Shown: piece after piece, positions 37,675 to 46,704 of the stretch
Layout: the number at the start of each line of letters is the position of its first letter
How positions within the stretch are numbered: position 1 is the stretch's first letter
Assembly: GCA_964510885.1 (NCBI GenBank)
Contig: CAZEDL010000001.1
Span: forward strand, 312,982 to 376,981
DNA from: an uncultured Gammaproteobacteria bacterium
GTDB taxonomy: Bacteria; Patescibacteriota; Patescibacteriia; Magasanikbacterales; GWA2-37-8
Direction of reading: 5' to 3'
Length of the DNA stretch: 64,000 bases
Program-made: the position numbers and the translations under genes
The notes under the pieces: model-generated
What the model saw: the letters and a program-made list of their open reading frames with translations, nothing else
What the model was told of the DNA's origin: nothing
The model's database searches: none

Positions 37675-39027
37675 ATGCCTACTTTACAAAATCTTTCCCC
37701 TCTCGACGGCCGTTACGCGGAAAAAATATCCGAACTTACCAACTATTTTTCCGAAATGGCACTGATGAAATACCGCCTTCTGGTTGAGATTGAATATTTT
37801 ATCGCGCTGAGTCTAGAGCCGAAAATTGAAGAGTTTCCCCCGTTAGCCGAGGATACGCAACAGCTGCTCCGTGATATCTATGTACAGTTTTCTGTAGCCG
37901 ACGCCGAACACATCAAAACTATCGAACAGACGACTCAGCACGATGTAAAGGCGGTGGAATATTTTTTAAAAGAAAAAATCAGCGCTCTCCCTTGTTCTGA
38001 ACACGCTGAATTTATTCATTTTGCACTCACCTCCGAAGATATAAACAATCTGGCCTATTCACTGATGTGGAAACAGGCTCTAACCGAGATCTATCTGCCA
38101 GTCTTTACCGAGGTGATAGAAAAAATTACCGCCTTTGCCAAAACTAACGCCTCTGTTCCCCTCTTGGCGCTCACCCATGGGCAGAGCGCTACACCGACGA
38201 CTGTGGGCAAAGAATTTGCAGTGTTTGCTAACCGATTGACCCGCCAATTACAACACCTACAAAGACAAACCTTTCTGGGGAAACTGAGTGGGGCGACAGG
38301 TACGTGGAGTGCACAGACTCTCGCGTATCCCGCAATTGACTGGCTAGCATTCAGCGAATCATTCATTACTGCACTCGGGCTTGAGCCTAACCTGGTTACA
38401 ACTCAAATTGAACCCCACGATTCGCTCGCGGAAAGTTTTCATACGCTAGAGCGGATTAATACAATCTTGATCGATTTTACTCGTGATGTCTGGCTGTATA
38501 TCATGCGCGGCGTCTTGGGACAGACGAAAAAGGAAGGCGAGGTAGGCTCAAGTACCATGCCCCACAAAATTAATCCTATTCATTTTGAAAATGCGGAGGG
38601 AAATTTGGGAATTGCTAATGCGTTATTTGGACATCTGGCAGAAAAGTTACCTGTTTCACGACTACAACGAGATCTTACTGATAGTACTGTGCTTCGAAAT
38701 ATCGGCGTGCCACTCGGTCATTCCCTCTTGGCTTGCCAGAGTATTTTGACTGGCCTGTCGCGCGTGACAGTGAACGAAGAAAAAGTGAACGAAGAATTAG
38801 GACAGCACTACGAAATTCTCGCTGAGGCGATCCAAATCGTTTTACGCAAAGTTGGTTACCCCAAACCATATGAAAAGCTAAAAGAGTTAACGCGCGGAGA
38901 AAAAATTACCAAAGAAAAAATTTACCAATTTGTTTCTGAACTTGAAATCTCAAAAGCAGAAAAAGACGTATTATTAGCGCTAACACCACAAACGTATATT
39001 GGGCTTGCAACTAAGCTCGCTTCCTAA
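37675..39027 (+). CDS. purB: Adenylosuccinate lyase
   Basis: SPLDGRY, HDVKAVEY, THGQ, GSSTMPHKINPIHFEN. Confidence 0.98.
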   Translation: MPTLQNLSPLDGRYAEKISELTNYFSEMALMKYRLLVEIEYFIALSLEPKIEEFPPLAEDTQQLLRDIYVQFSVADAEHIKTIEQTTQHDVKAVEYFLKEKISALPCSEHAEFIHFALTSEDINNLAYSLMWKQALTEIYLPVFTEVIEKITAFAKTNASVPLLALTHGQSATPTTVGKEFAVFANRLTRQLQHLQRQTFLGKLSGATGTWSAQTLAYPAIDWLAFSESFITALGLEPNLVTTQIEPHDSLAESFHTLERINTILIDFTRDVWLYIMRGVLGQTKKEGEVGSSTMPHKINPIHFENAEGNLGIANALFGHLAEKLPVSRLQRDLTDSTVLRNIGVPLGHSLLACQSILTGLSRVTVNEEKVNEELGQHYEILAEAIQIVLRKVGYPKPYEKLKELTRGEKITKEKIYQFVSELEISKAEKDVLLALTPQTYIGLATKLAS

Positions 39028-39037
39028 TCTATTTTCT

Positions 39038-40495
39038 ATGTGTGGAATCTTGGGCATCTATTCTCACAAATCAGTGGCTCATGACCTCTATGATGGCCTC
39101 ATCCACCTGCAGCATCGCGGTCAGGATGCAGCCGGTATGCTTACGTTTAATAACCACTTTCATCTTAAAAAAGGTCTTGGTTATGTGCGCGACGTGTTTG
39201 ACCAAGATCATATGGAACGCTTGGAAGGTAATTGGGGTATCGGGCACACGCGCTACCCGACAGCCGGATCGCGTAGTGATGTGGAGAATGCCCAGCCATT
39301 TTATGTGTCTTCACCCTATGGTATTGCAATGGCGCATAACGGCGACTTGACGAATTACGCAGCACTCAAAACAGAACTAGAACAAAAAGATCGACGACAA
39401 TGCAACTCAAGCTCAGACCTCGAGGTGATATTGCATGTATTTGCAGCGAAACTGGAATCTTTGCCCGCGAGTAATGATTTTTTTGATGCTATTTGTCAGG
39501 CGGTAGAAGCGGTCTATACCAGAACTCGCGGTGCGTATTCTGTAGTCGGAATGATTGCCGACAAAGGCATGGTAGCTTTTCGCGATCCGCATGGGATTCG
39601 GCCCTTTGTCTATGGCGAACGAAAAAATGTTGACGGCACGACCGATTATATTTTTTCATCGGAAAATACGATGTATTACCCACTCGGATTCAGCTTGATT
39701 GGAGATGTGCAGCCAGGAGAAATTATTTTCGTCGATGCGACAGGACAACTGCATCGAAGGCAAATTCGGAAGGAGTTATTTACGCCCTGTATTTTTGAAT
39801 ATGTCTATTTGGCTCGTCCGGACGCTACCCTGAATGATGTGAGCGTTTATCGGGCACGTTTACGTATGGGTCAAAATCTGGCTCGGGCTTGGAAAAATAA
39901 ATATCCGGATGTAATTCCGGATATTGTGATTCCGGTTCCCTTTTCTTCCAATACTGCCGCACTCTCAATGGCACATGAGTTGGGCGTGCGGTATTCTGAG
40001 GGTTTATACAAAAACCCGTTTGTGGGCCGGACTTTTATCATGCCTGGTCAAGCTAAGCGACGGAAATCGGTGTTGCAAAAATTATCTCCACAAATTTTTG
40101 AGATTAAAGACAAAAATGTGCTGCTGGTTGATGACTCGATTGTCCGCGGTACCACCAGCCAGGAGGTAGTAAAATTAGTCCGTGATGCGGGAGCCAAAAA
40201 GGTCTACTTTGCCTCGGCATGCCCGCCGGTGAAATACCCTGATTTTTATGGTATTGATATGCCCACAAGCAGCGAGCTCATTGCTTCGCATAAAACCGAA
40301 GATGAGATTCGTGAATTTATCGGAGCTGATATTTTACTTTACCAAACTATTGACGATCTAGTAGAAGCCGTGACGCGTAAAGGCAACCATCATATTGATC
40401 GGCCGAGCATGCCGTATTTGGATGGGTGGTATGTGACCGGAGATATAAATAGTAACAAGCTAGAGGAATTGGAGAAGGAAAAGAAGAGCTGTTAA
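39038..40495 (+). CDS. purF: Amidophosphoribosyltransferase
   Basis: MCGILG Ntn N-terminus, QHRGQD, GHTRY, LLVDDSIVRGTT. Confidence 0.98.
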   Translation: MCGILGIYSHKSVAHDLYDGLIHLQHRGQDAAGMLTFNNHFHLKKGLGYVRDVFDQDHMERLEGNWGIGHTRYPTAGSRSDVENAQPFYVSSPYGIAMAHNGDLTNYAALKTELEQKDRRQCNSSSDLEVILHVFAAKLESLPASNDFFDAICQAVEAVYTRTRGAYSVVGMIADKGMVAFRDPHGIRPFVYGERKNVDGTTDYIFSSENTMYYPLGFSLIGDVQPGEIIFVDATGQLHRRQIRKELFTPCIFEYVYLARPDATLNDVSVYRARLRMGQNLARAWKNKYPDVIPDIVIPVPFSSNTAALSMAHELGVRYSEGLYKNPFVGRTFIMPGQAKRRKSVLQKLSPQIFEIKDKNVLLVDDSIVRGTTSQEVVKLVRDAGAKKVYFASACPPVKYPDFYGIDMPTSSELIASHKTEDEIREFIGADILLYQTIDDLVEAVTRKGNHHIDRPSMPYLDGWYVTGDINSNKLEELEKEKKSC

Positions 40496-40550
40496 TAATT
40501 ATTTAAAACAATATTAAAAGGATATTAAGCGGCTATTGAGAGGATATTTT

Positions 40551-42020
40551 ATGAATATTTTACTTGTTGGTTCAGGAGCTCGTGAACATGCCATTGCTCG
40601 AGCTATAAAGAAATCAAAGACCGAGACGAATCTTTTTTGTTTTGGTTCAAGTCGGAACCCAGGAATTATAGAACTTGTTTGTCATTCCAACGACGAAGGA
40701 GAAATCTCTGTCCGACACGATAATAACACATTGAACCAGAGATCCCTCGTCGGCGCGAGCCTCGCTCGGGATGACAGTAATGCCTACCGCGTCGGAAAAT
40801 TGGATGACGTCACTTCGATACTACAATTTGCTAAAAAAAATAAAATCGATTGGGCGATTATTGGACCTGAGCTGCCGCTGTCAGTTGGCCTGGTGGATGA
40901 ATTGAAAGCAATTAGCATTCCCTGTATTGGACCGACTAAGCAATTAGCCCAAATTGAAACGAGCAAGGCCTTTGCGCGGGATTTACTTTCTTATCATGGC
41001 GTGCCCGGACTGCCCCAGTACAAACGATTTGATTTTTTTGAAGCACTGGAAGTGATACAGGAATATATTCATTCGCTTGATGATAATTATGTAGTGAAGG
41101 CTGACGGGCTCATGGGTGGTAAGGGGGTTAAAGTCTACGGCGAGCAGCTACAAAGTTTTGAGGATACACTGCAATTTATCTTAGAAATAAAAGCAGCCAA
41201 TAGCCCATTTGTAATCGAAGAAAAATTCGTGGGGCAAGAATTTTCACTGATTAGCTTTTGTGATGGGGTACACCTGGCCCATATGCCGGCAGTGCAAGAT
41301 CATAAACGGGCCTATGTTGGCGATACCGGACCTAATACGGGTGGTATGGGCAGTTATTCGGACAGCAATCACTCACTCCCTTTTTTAACTGAAAAAGATA
41401 TTGCCCAGGCTCAAAAAATAAATGAATTAACAGCAGCGGCACTACTCAAGCAATTTGGCGTACCCTACAAAGGCATCCTGTATGGTGGTTTTATGACTAC
41501 GGCAGAAGGGGTGAAACTGATTGAATATAACGCCCGCTTTGGCGATCCGGAAAGCATTAATGTCTTGGCGTTACTGGAAACTGATTTGGTGGAAATTTGT
41601 CAGGCGATTACCAGCGGCGCCTTAGACACTATAGAGATTAAGTGGAAAAATGTAGCCACTGTTTGTAAATATGTTGTACCCGAAGGATATCCTGATAATC
41701 CGGTAAAAAATCAAGTTGTCGATGTTTCGGAAGTTAAGGATGCAGATTCTTTATATTTCGCGGCAATTGATGAACGAGAAGGAAAATTATATGAAACTGG
41801 TTCGCGAGCCATTGCGGTATTGGGTGTAGGCACCACTATTACTGAAGCGGAACAAAAAGCCGAGGAAGAAATTAAACAAATTAAAGGTTCACTATTTCAT
41901 CGGGAAGATATTGGGACAGAGGAGTTGATTGAGAAGAGAGTTCAGATAATGAGTCAAATACGCAATGAACGCAATCCCCGCTTGGGCGGGGTAGGGGTGG
42001 GTGAGTCCGCTGAGCTTTAA
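40551..42020 (+). CDS. purD: Phosphoribosylamine--glycine ligase; in-frame repeat insertion and repeat-derived C-terminus
   Basis: GSGAREHA, KADGLMGGKGV, QDHKR, GPNTGGMG, EYNARFGDPE. Confidence 0.97.
   Translation: MNILLVGSGAREHAIARAIKKSKTETNLFCFGSSRNPGIIELVCHSNDEGEISVRHDNNTLNQRSLVGASLARDDSNAYRVGKLDDVTSILQFAKKNKIDWAIIGPELPLSVGLVDELKAISIPCIGPTKQLAQIETSKAFARDLLSYHGVPGLPQYKRFDFFEALEVIQEYIHSLDDNYVVKADGLMGGKGVKVYGEQLQSFEDTLQFILEIKAANSPFVIEEKFVGQEFSLISFCDGVHLAHMPAVQDHKRAYVGDTGPNTGGMGSYSDSNHSLPFLTEKDIAQAQKINELTAAALLKQFGVPYKGILYGGFMTTAEGVKLIEYNARFGDPESINVLALLETDLVEICQAITSGALDTIEIKWKNVATVCKYVVPEGYPDNPVKNQVVDVSEVKDADSLYFAAIDEREGKLYETGSRAIAVLGVGTTITEAEQKAEEEIKQIKGSLFHREDIGTEELIEKRVQIMSQIRNERNPRLGGVGVGESAEL
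40680..40776. repeat. TGTCA...TGACA element inserted in frame in purD
   Basis: TGTCATTCCAACGACGAAGGAGAAATCTCTG...CAGAGATCCCTCGTCGGCGCGAGCCTCGCTCGGGATGACA; translated CHSNDEGEIS...RSLVGASLARDD. Confidence 0.85.
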
Positions 42021-42440
42021 GAGACATACTTATGTTAAACAATCAAACCCATAAAAATTATAAGCCCTCCCTTAAGCCACTCACTCGTCACTTACGTACG
42101 AATTCTACATTAAGCGAGGTTATTTTATGGAATCATCTTAAAAATCGAGGCTTATTAGGTTATAAATTTCGACGTCAAACTCCTATTTTAAATTATATTG
42201 TTGATTTTTATTGTAAAGAATTACAGTTAGCGATTGAGATTGACGGGATAACTCATGATGAAAAAATTGAGTATGATGTGGAGCGACAGAAAAAAATGGA
42301 AAAAGTTGGTATCTTTGTGTTACGGTTTCAAGATAGTGAAATTAAAAAGGATATTGATATTATCCTGCAACGAATTGTTGAGTGGGTAAACGGCCACGCA
42401 TCGCCCTCACCCACCCCTACCCCGCCCAAGCGGGGATTGC
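41971..42440. mobile_element. 470-bp element with perfect 35-bp terminal inverted repeats carrying a DUF559 (Vsr-like) endonuclease
   Basis: GCAATCCCCGCTTGGGCGGGGTAGGGGTGGGTGAG at 41971-42005 and its exact reverse complement at 42406-42440 bracket the DUF559 coding region. Mobility is inferred. Confidence 0.8.
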
Positions 42441-43036
42441 TATCCAGTGACGCCGGTATACACCTTGCCATCCTCGGTTCCACACGCGGTACCAATCTGC
42501 AAGCGATTATTGATGCTATTGCAGAAAAAAAATTAAACGCTTATATCGATATCGTTATCAGCAATAAAGCCGATGCCTATATTTTGGAGCGCACCAAGCA
42601 ACATGGATTACGGGTCGTTTTTATCGATAGCAGAAATAAAAGCCGAGAACAGTTTGACCAAGAAGTTTTAAATGAATTAAAAAAATATCATATTGATCTC
42701 GTCCTGCTTATCGGTTACATGCGTATCCTCTCCCCCACTTTCGTACAGACGTATAGAAATAAAATTTTAAATGTTCACCCGTCCCTACTCCCCGCCTTTG
42801 CTGGCGGGATGGACATGAATGTACATGAAGAAGTGTTAAAATCAGGGGTGACAGAAACGGGTTGTACGATTCATCTGGTTGACGATGGAGTGGATACCGG
42901 CAAGATTTTGCTGCAAAAAAAATGTACCGTTGAACCAGGGGATACGGCGGAGAGTTTGAAAGATAAAGTGCAACAATTGGAGGGAGAAGCGTGGATTGAA
43001 ATATTAAAAAATTGCAATTTAACAGATACTTTCTAA
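42032..43036 (+). CDS. purN: DUF559 endonuclease domain fused to GAR transformylase
   Basis: N-terminal LRTNSTLSEVILW...FRRQ...IVDFYC...IEIDG..H...VLRF (DUF559); linker SPSPTPTPPKRG from the inverted repeat; C-terminal LGSTRGTNL, NVHPSLLP, GCTIH, VDTG (PurN). Confidence 0.93.
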   Translation: MLNNQTHKNYKPSLKPLTRHLRTNSTLSEVILWNHLKNRGLLGYKFRRQTPILNYIVDFYCKELQLAIEIDGITHDEKIEYDVERQKKMEKVGIFVLRFQDSEIKKDIDIILQRIVEWVNGHASPSPTPTPPKRGLLSSDAGIHLAILGSTRGTNLQAIIDAIAEKKLNAYIDIVISNKADAYILERTKQHGLRVVFIDSRNKSREQFDQEVLNELKKYHIDLVLLIGYMRILSPTFVQTYRNKILNVHPSLLPAFAGGMDMNVHEEVLKSGVTETGCTIHLVDDGVDTGKILLQKKCTVEPGDTAESLKDKVQQLEGEAWIEILKNCNLTDTF

Positions 43037-43040
43037 TTTT

Positions 43041-44732
43041 ATGAATCTTTCCCTCACCCCTATCACTCGCGCCCTCATCTCCGTCTCTGATAAAACCGGC
43101 ATTATTGCTTTTGCCGAAAAATTAGCTGAAAAAAATGTGGAAATTATTTCCACTGGCGGGACGGCCAAAGCCCTCGTGGAAGCAGGGATTCCGGTCATTG
43201 AAATTTCTGATTTCACTGGTTTCCCAGAAATGATGAATGGCCGAGTAAAAACCCTTCACCCCAAAGTTCATGGCGGCATTCTGGGCCTCAGGGACGCACA
43301 CGCGAGTACTGCCGCCGAGCATGGAATCAAGTGGATCGATTTGGTGGTGTGTAATCTATATCCATTCGCTGCCACTATTCAGAAACCGGGCGTGAGTGAA
43401 GACGAAGCGATTGAGAATATTGATATCGGCGGGCCGAGCATGATAAGGAGTGCGGCCAAAAATGTGGGGTGGGTCGGGGTAGTGGTTGATCCGTCAGATT
43501 ATGAGTTTGTGAAGGGTGAATTAGAAACACAAGGCGGAATCACGATCGAGACGCGAAAAAGATTATCAGCCAAAGCATTTGGGCATACGGCGGCATATGA
43601 TGCGCTGATCAGTAATTATTTTAATGCAGAGCCATTCCCCAGCGAGCTGACACTCGGCTACAAAAAATTCTATGATTTGCGCTATGGAGAAAACCCGCAT
43701 CAGCTCGCTTGCGTGTATCAAGAATCAATACCGACTGATCAGAATGTACTCGGGGCAATCATTCATCAAGGTAAGCAGCTCTCCTACAACAATATTAACG
43801 ATGCGGATGGCGCGTGGTTCACTCTCAGGGAATTCCCTGAGCCGACCTGCGTGGTAGTAAAACATGCTAATCCATGTGGGGTGGCAAGCGATAGCGATAT
43901 TACTGTAGCATTTAAACGGGCCTATGCAGCGGATGCGCTCTCGGCCTTTGGTGGTGTCATTGCTTTGAATCGACCGTGTACCGCAGCTATTGCTGAGGAG
44001 ATAGCCAAAGTCTTTGCCGAAATTGTGTTGGCTCCTTCATATGAAACTAAGGCTTTGGAAGTATTGGCACCAAAAAAGAATTTACGAGTGTTAGAAATGA
44101 AGAGAGAGGCGGCTGTACATAACACACAAAATCCCCGCTTGGGCGGGGTAGGGGTGGGTGAGACCTTTGCGTCGCCGGACTCAACGACCTCACCCACCCC
44201 TGGCCTGTGGGCCACCCCCGCCCAAGCGGGGATTGTCCGTCGACCAGTTTATAAATCTGAACTAAAAAACAATTCACCGTTAGAGTATCGTTTTATTAAT
44301 GGTGGACTGCTCGTACAGGAGCAAGATACTAAAGAGATAACTCTGCCTGACCTCAAAATTGTCACTGCTAAACAACCAAGCGAACAAGAATTACAAACTA
44401 TGCTGTTTGCCTGGAAAGTCTTGAAACACATGAAATCAAATGCGATTTTGGTTGCCAAAGACAATACCACGGTGGGAGTTGGTGTGGGGCAGGTGTCGCG
44501 CGTGGATGCGGTGGATATCGCGCTCAAGAAAGCTGGAGATCGCTTGAACGGCTCAATTTTGGCCTCTGATGCCTTCTTCCCTTTTCGCGATAGTATTGAT
44601 AAACTGGCGGGAACTGGAATTACCGCCATCATTCAACCGGGCGGGTCAGTGAAAGACAAGGAAGTGATCGAGGCCTGCAACGAGCATGGGATTGCGATGG
44701 TGTTTACGGGAGTGAGGTGTTTTAAGCATTAA
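43041..44732 (+). CDS. purH: AICAR transformylase/IMP cyclohydrolase with in-frame repeat insertion
   Basis: ALISVSDKTG, GRVKTLHP, IDIGGPSM, RYGENPHQ, KHANPCG, ASDAFFPF. Confidence 0.98.
   Translation: MNLSLTPITRALISVSDKTGIIAFAEKLAEKNVEIISTGGTAKALVEAGIPVIEISDFTGFPEMMNGRVKTLHPKVHGGILGLRDAHASTAAEHGIKWIDLVVCNLYPFAATIQKPGVSEDEAIENIDIGGPSMIRSAAKNVGWVGVVVDPSDYEFVKGELETQGGITIETRKRLSAKAFGHTAAYDALISNYFNAEPFPSELTLGYKKFYDLRYGENPHQLACVYQESIPTDQNVLGAIIHQGKQLSYNNINDADGAWFTLREFPEPTCVVVKHANPCGVASDSDITVAFKRAYAADALSAFGGVIALNRPCTAAIAEEIAKVFAEIVLAPSYETKALEVLAPKKNLRVLEMKREAAVHNTQNPRLGGVGVGETFASPDSTTSPTPGLWATPAQAGIVRRPVYKSELKNNSPLEYRFINGGLLVQEQDTKEITLPDLKIVTAKQPSEQELQTMLFAWKVLKHMKSNAILVAKDNTTVGVGVGQVSRVDAVDIALKKAGDRLNGSILASDAFFPFRDSIDKLAGTGITAIIQPGGSVKDKEVIEACNEHGIAMVFTGVRCFKH
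44130..44234. repeat. Empty 105-bp copy of the DUF559-element repeats, in frame in purH
   Basis: 44130-44162 is identical to 41973-42005. The right arm CTCACCCACCCCT-GGCCTGTGGGCC-ACCCCCGCCCAAGCGGGGATT carries an extra small hairpin. Confidence 0.9.
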
Positions 44733-44738
44733 TTTACT

Positions 44739-44880
44739 TGTCATTGCGAGGAGTGATCCCGATTCGCATCGGGAGAACGACGAAGCAATCCCTTTGATTT
44801 CAGAACTACTTAAAATTAAAAATACCCCTGCAAACAAGGGGATTGCCACGTCTTCGCTTGGGCTCCTCCTCGCAATGACA
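44739..44880. repeat. TGTCA...TGACA element, intergenic purH-deaminase
   Basis: TGTCATTGCGAGGAG...CGAAGCAATCCC ... GGGATTGCCACG...CTCCTCGCAATGACA. Confidence 0.88.
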
Positions 44881-44892
44881 CAGTATCATTTT

Positions 44893-46266
44893 ATGAATAA
44901 CTTCTCTCGTTCCCCTCGCTATAACGTACTCAAACCAGACCATGAGCCCAAGCGAATTCTTATTCATGGATTACGTTTTATATTGACTAGCAGCGAATCT
45001 GAGAGATTAAGTGTGGTACCCGACCAATCATTACTTATTGAGGACGGAGAAATCACTGAGCAATTTCCTAAAAAAGAATTGGACAAAAGGGTTGATCTCA
45101 AAACCATCGATCTCATTTATGATGCCGAACAAAAAGGTGGAATTGTTGCAACGCCGGGCTTTATAAATCTACATTCTCATCCGCCGATGTATCTGCTGCG
45201 CTCCACCCTTACACTGGCTGAGGATAATTTGGAAGAAGCGCTGCGCGGCATGGCGAAGCTCGAAGCCAAAATGAATACTGAGGATTTTTACCTCGGAGCA
45301 CTCGGTGACTTTACGGAGCAGCAAAAATCAGGAATCACGACTACGCTCAGCCACTATGGCGTGTTCGATCCGATTGAGCGAGCGGCGAGTGAATCGGGAC
45401 AGCAGGTTATTAATTGCTTATCGGCAGCAAGCAATTCACATCCAGAGAATACGCCAGCCTTGGTAGAAAAGTACTTGAAGAAAAAAAATACGGTGACTAC
45501 GCCTGGTATTGCCCTGCACTATGTGTGGAAAGCAACTCCACCGACGCTGAAAAAGATTGCCGCTTTGATTAAAAAATACAACGCGTACTTTACGGTGCAT
45601 GTGGCCGAGAGCGAACAGACCGTGGAGCGGTGCCTCGAGGCCTATGGCGAGCGGCCGGTGGCAGTCTTGGCCAAATATGATTTACTGGGGCCGCGAACGA
45701 TCATTAGCCATGCGGTCCATTTGACTCCCGAAGAAATTAGCATCATTAAAAAAACAGGGACTATCGTGGTGCACCTGCCTACTTCGAATTTGTTGCATCG
45801 TTCAGGACAATTTAAGTATACAGAATTTTCGCGGCAGCAAGCCAAACAGTTGATTACGCTCGGGACTGATAGCGTGATCAGTAAGAATCGGCTGGATTTA
45901 CTGAGCGAAGCGTTGGCCATGAAGACGTTGCATCAGGCTAAAGAAATTATTTCGTACGAAGAATTATTTAATGTGCTCACGGCACAACCGGCTAAGCTCC
46001 TCGGATTAAAAAAGCTCGGTCAGATTAAACCGGGCTTTACGGCGAATTTGTGTTTTTGGAAGCTGAAAGATCGAGGGCTATTGCCGTATGATGAGGACCA
46101 TCCGGAAACTCTGGTGAGTAATTTAATTACTCATGGGAGTCGCGGAGTGCGGGATTTGATGATTAAGGGGCGATTTGTTATTAGTAATCGGTATCATAAT
46201 TTGGTGGATGAGAGTGGGCTATTGGAGAAACTACAGACAGCACATATGGAACTGAGAAAACGTTAA
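44893..46266 (+). CDS. Metal-dependent amidohydrolase (guanine or MTA/SAH deaminase-like)
   Basis: PGFINLHSH, VHVAES, SHAVH, LGTD. Start 44893 chosen because the longer ORF reads through the repeat. Confidence 0.85.
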   Translation: MNNFSRSPRYNVLKPDHEPKRILIHGLRFILTSSESERLSVVPDQSLLIEDGEITEQFPKKELDKRVDLKTIDLIYDAEQKGGIVATPGFINLHSHPPMYLLRSTLTLAEDNLEEALRGMAKLEAKMNTEDFYLGALGDFTEQQKSGITTTLSHYGVFDPIERAASESGQQVINCLSAASNSHPENTPALVEKYLKKKNTVTTPGIALHYVWKATPPTLKKIAALIKKYNAYFTVHVAESEQTVERCLEAYGERPVAVLAKYDLLGPRTIISHAVHLTPEEISIIKKTGTIVVHLPTSNLLHRSGQFKYTEFSRQQAKQLITLGTDSVISKNRLDLLSEALAMKTLHQAKEIISYEELFNVLTAQPAKLLGLKKLGQIKPGFTANLCFWKLKDRGLLPYDEDHPETLVSNLITHGSRGVRDLMIKGRFVISNRYHNLVDESGLLEKLQTAHMELRKR

Positions 46267-46273
46267 TTTCTAC

Positions 46274-46688
46274 TGTCATCCCGAGGAACGAGGGATCCCC
46301 TGGTTTGAGTAAGTAGTAAATAAGCAGAAATATATATGTTACAACCAACTTACTACATCTACTTCCTCATGAACGCCTATCATAGTGTCCTGTATGTGGG
46401 TGTTACCAATGATTTAGCCAGACGTATTTCAGAACATAAACAGCATTTAATTCCTGGTTTTACCAAAAAATATAATGTTGATAATTTAGTTTATTGCGAA
46501 TCATTTAGTGATATTAATCAAGCAATTCAACGAGAGAAAGAATTGAAGGGGTGGCGACGTTCGAAAAAATTAGAATTAATAAAAAGCATCAATAGTGACT
46601 TAAGAGATTTGAGTAAGGAGTGGGAGTAATTTTTTATTATTTTACTGGGCACTGCATACAGGGGGATCCCTCCTTCGTCGGGATGACA
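46274..46688. mobile_element. 415-bp TGTCA...TGACA element carrying a GIY-YIG nuclease
   Basis: Left arm TGTCATCCCGAGGAACGAGGGATCCCCTG (46274-46302); right arm CAGGGGGATCCCTCCTTCGTCGGGATGACA (46659-46688); 2 mismatches and 1 indel. Mobility is inferred. Confidence 0.8.
46336..46629 (+). CDS. Small GIY-YIG nuclease (YhbQ/UPF0213-like)
   Basis: YYIY...LYVGVTNDLARRISEHK...FTKKY...LVYCE...AIQREKELKGWRRSKKLELI. Confidence 0.93.
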   Translation: MLQPTYYIYFLMNAYHSVLYVGVTNDLARRISEHKQHLIPGFTKKYNVDNLVYCESFSDINQAIQREKELKGWRRSKKLELIKSINSDLRDLSKEWE

Positions 46689-46704
46689 AGAACGATTGAA
46701 CTTG

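Noticed and set aside
42032-42440. Intein or group I/II intron at the purD-purN junction
   Set aside because: No Cys/Ser...His-Asn intein ends, and only ~25 nt of non-coding sequence inside the repeats, too little for a ribozyme core.
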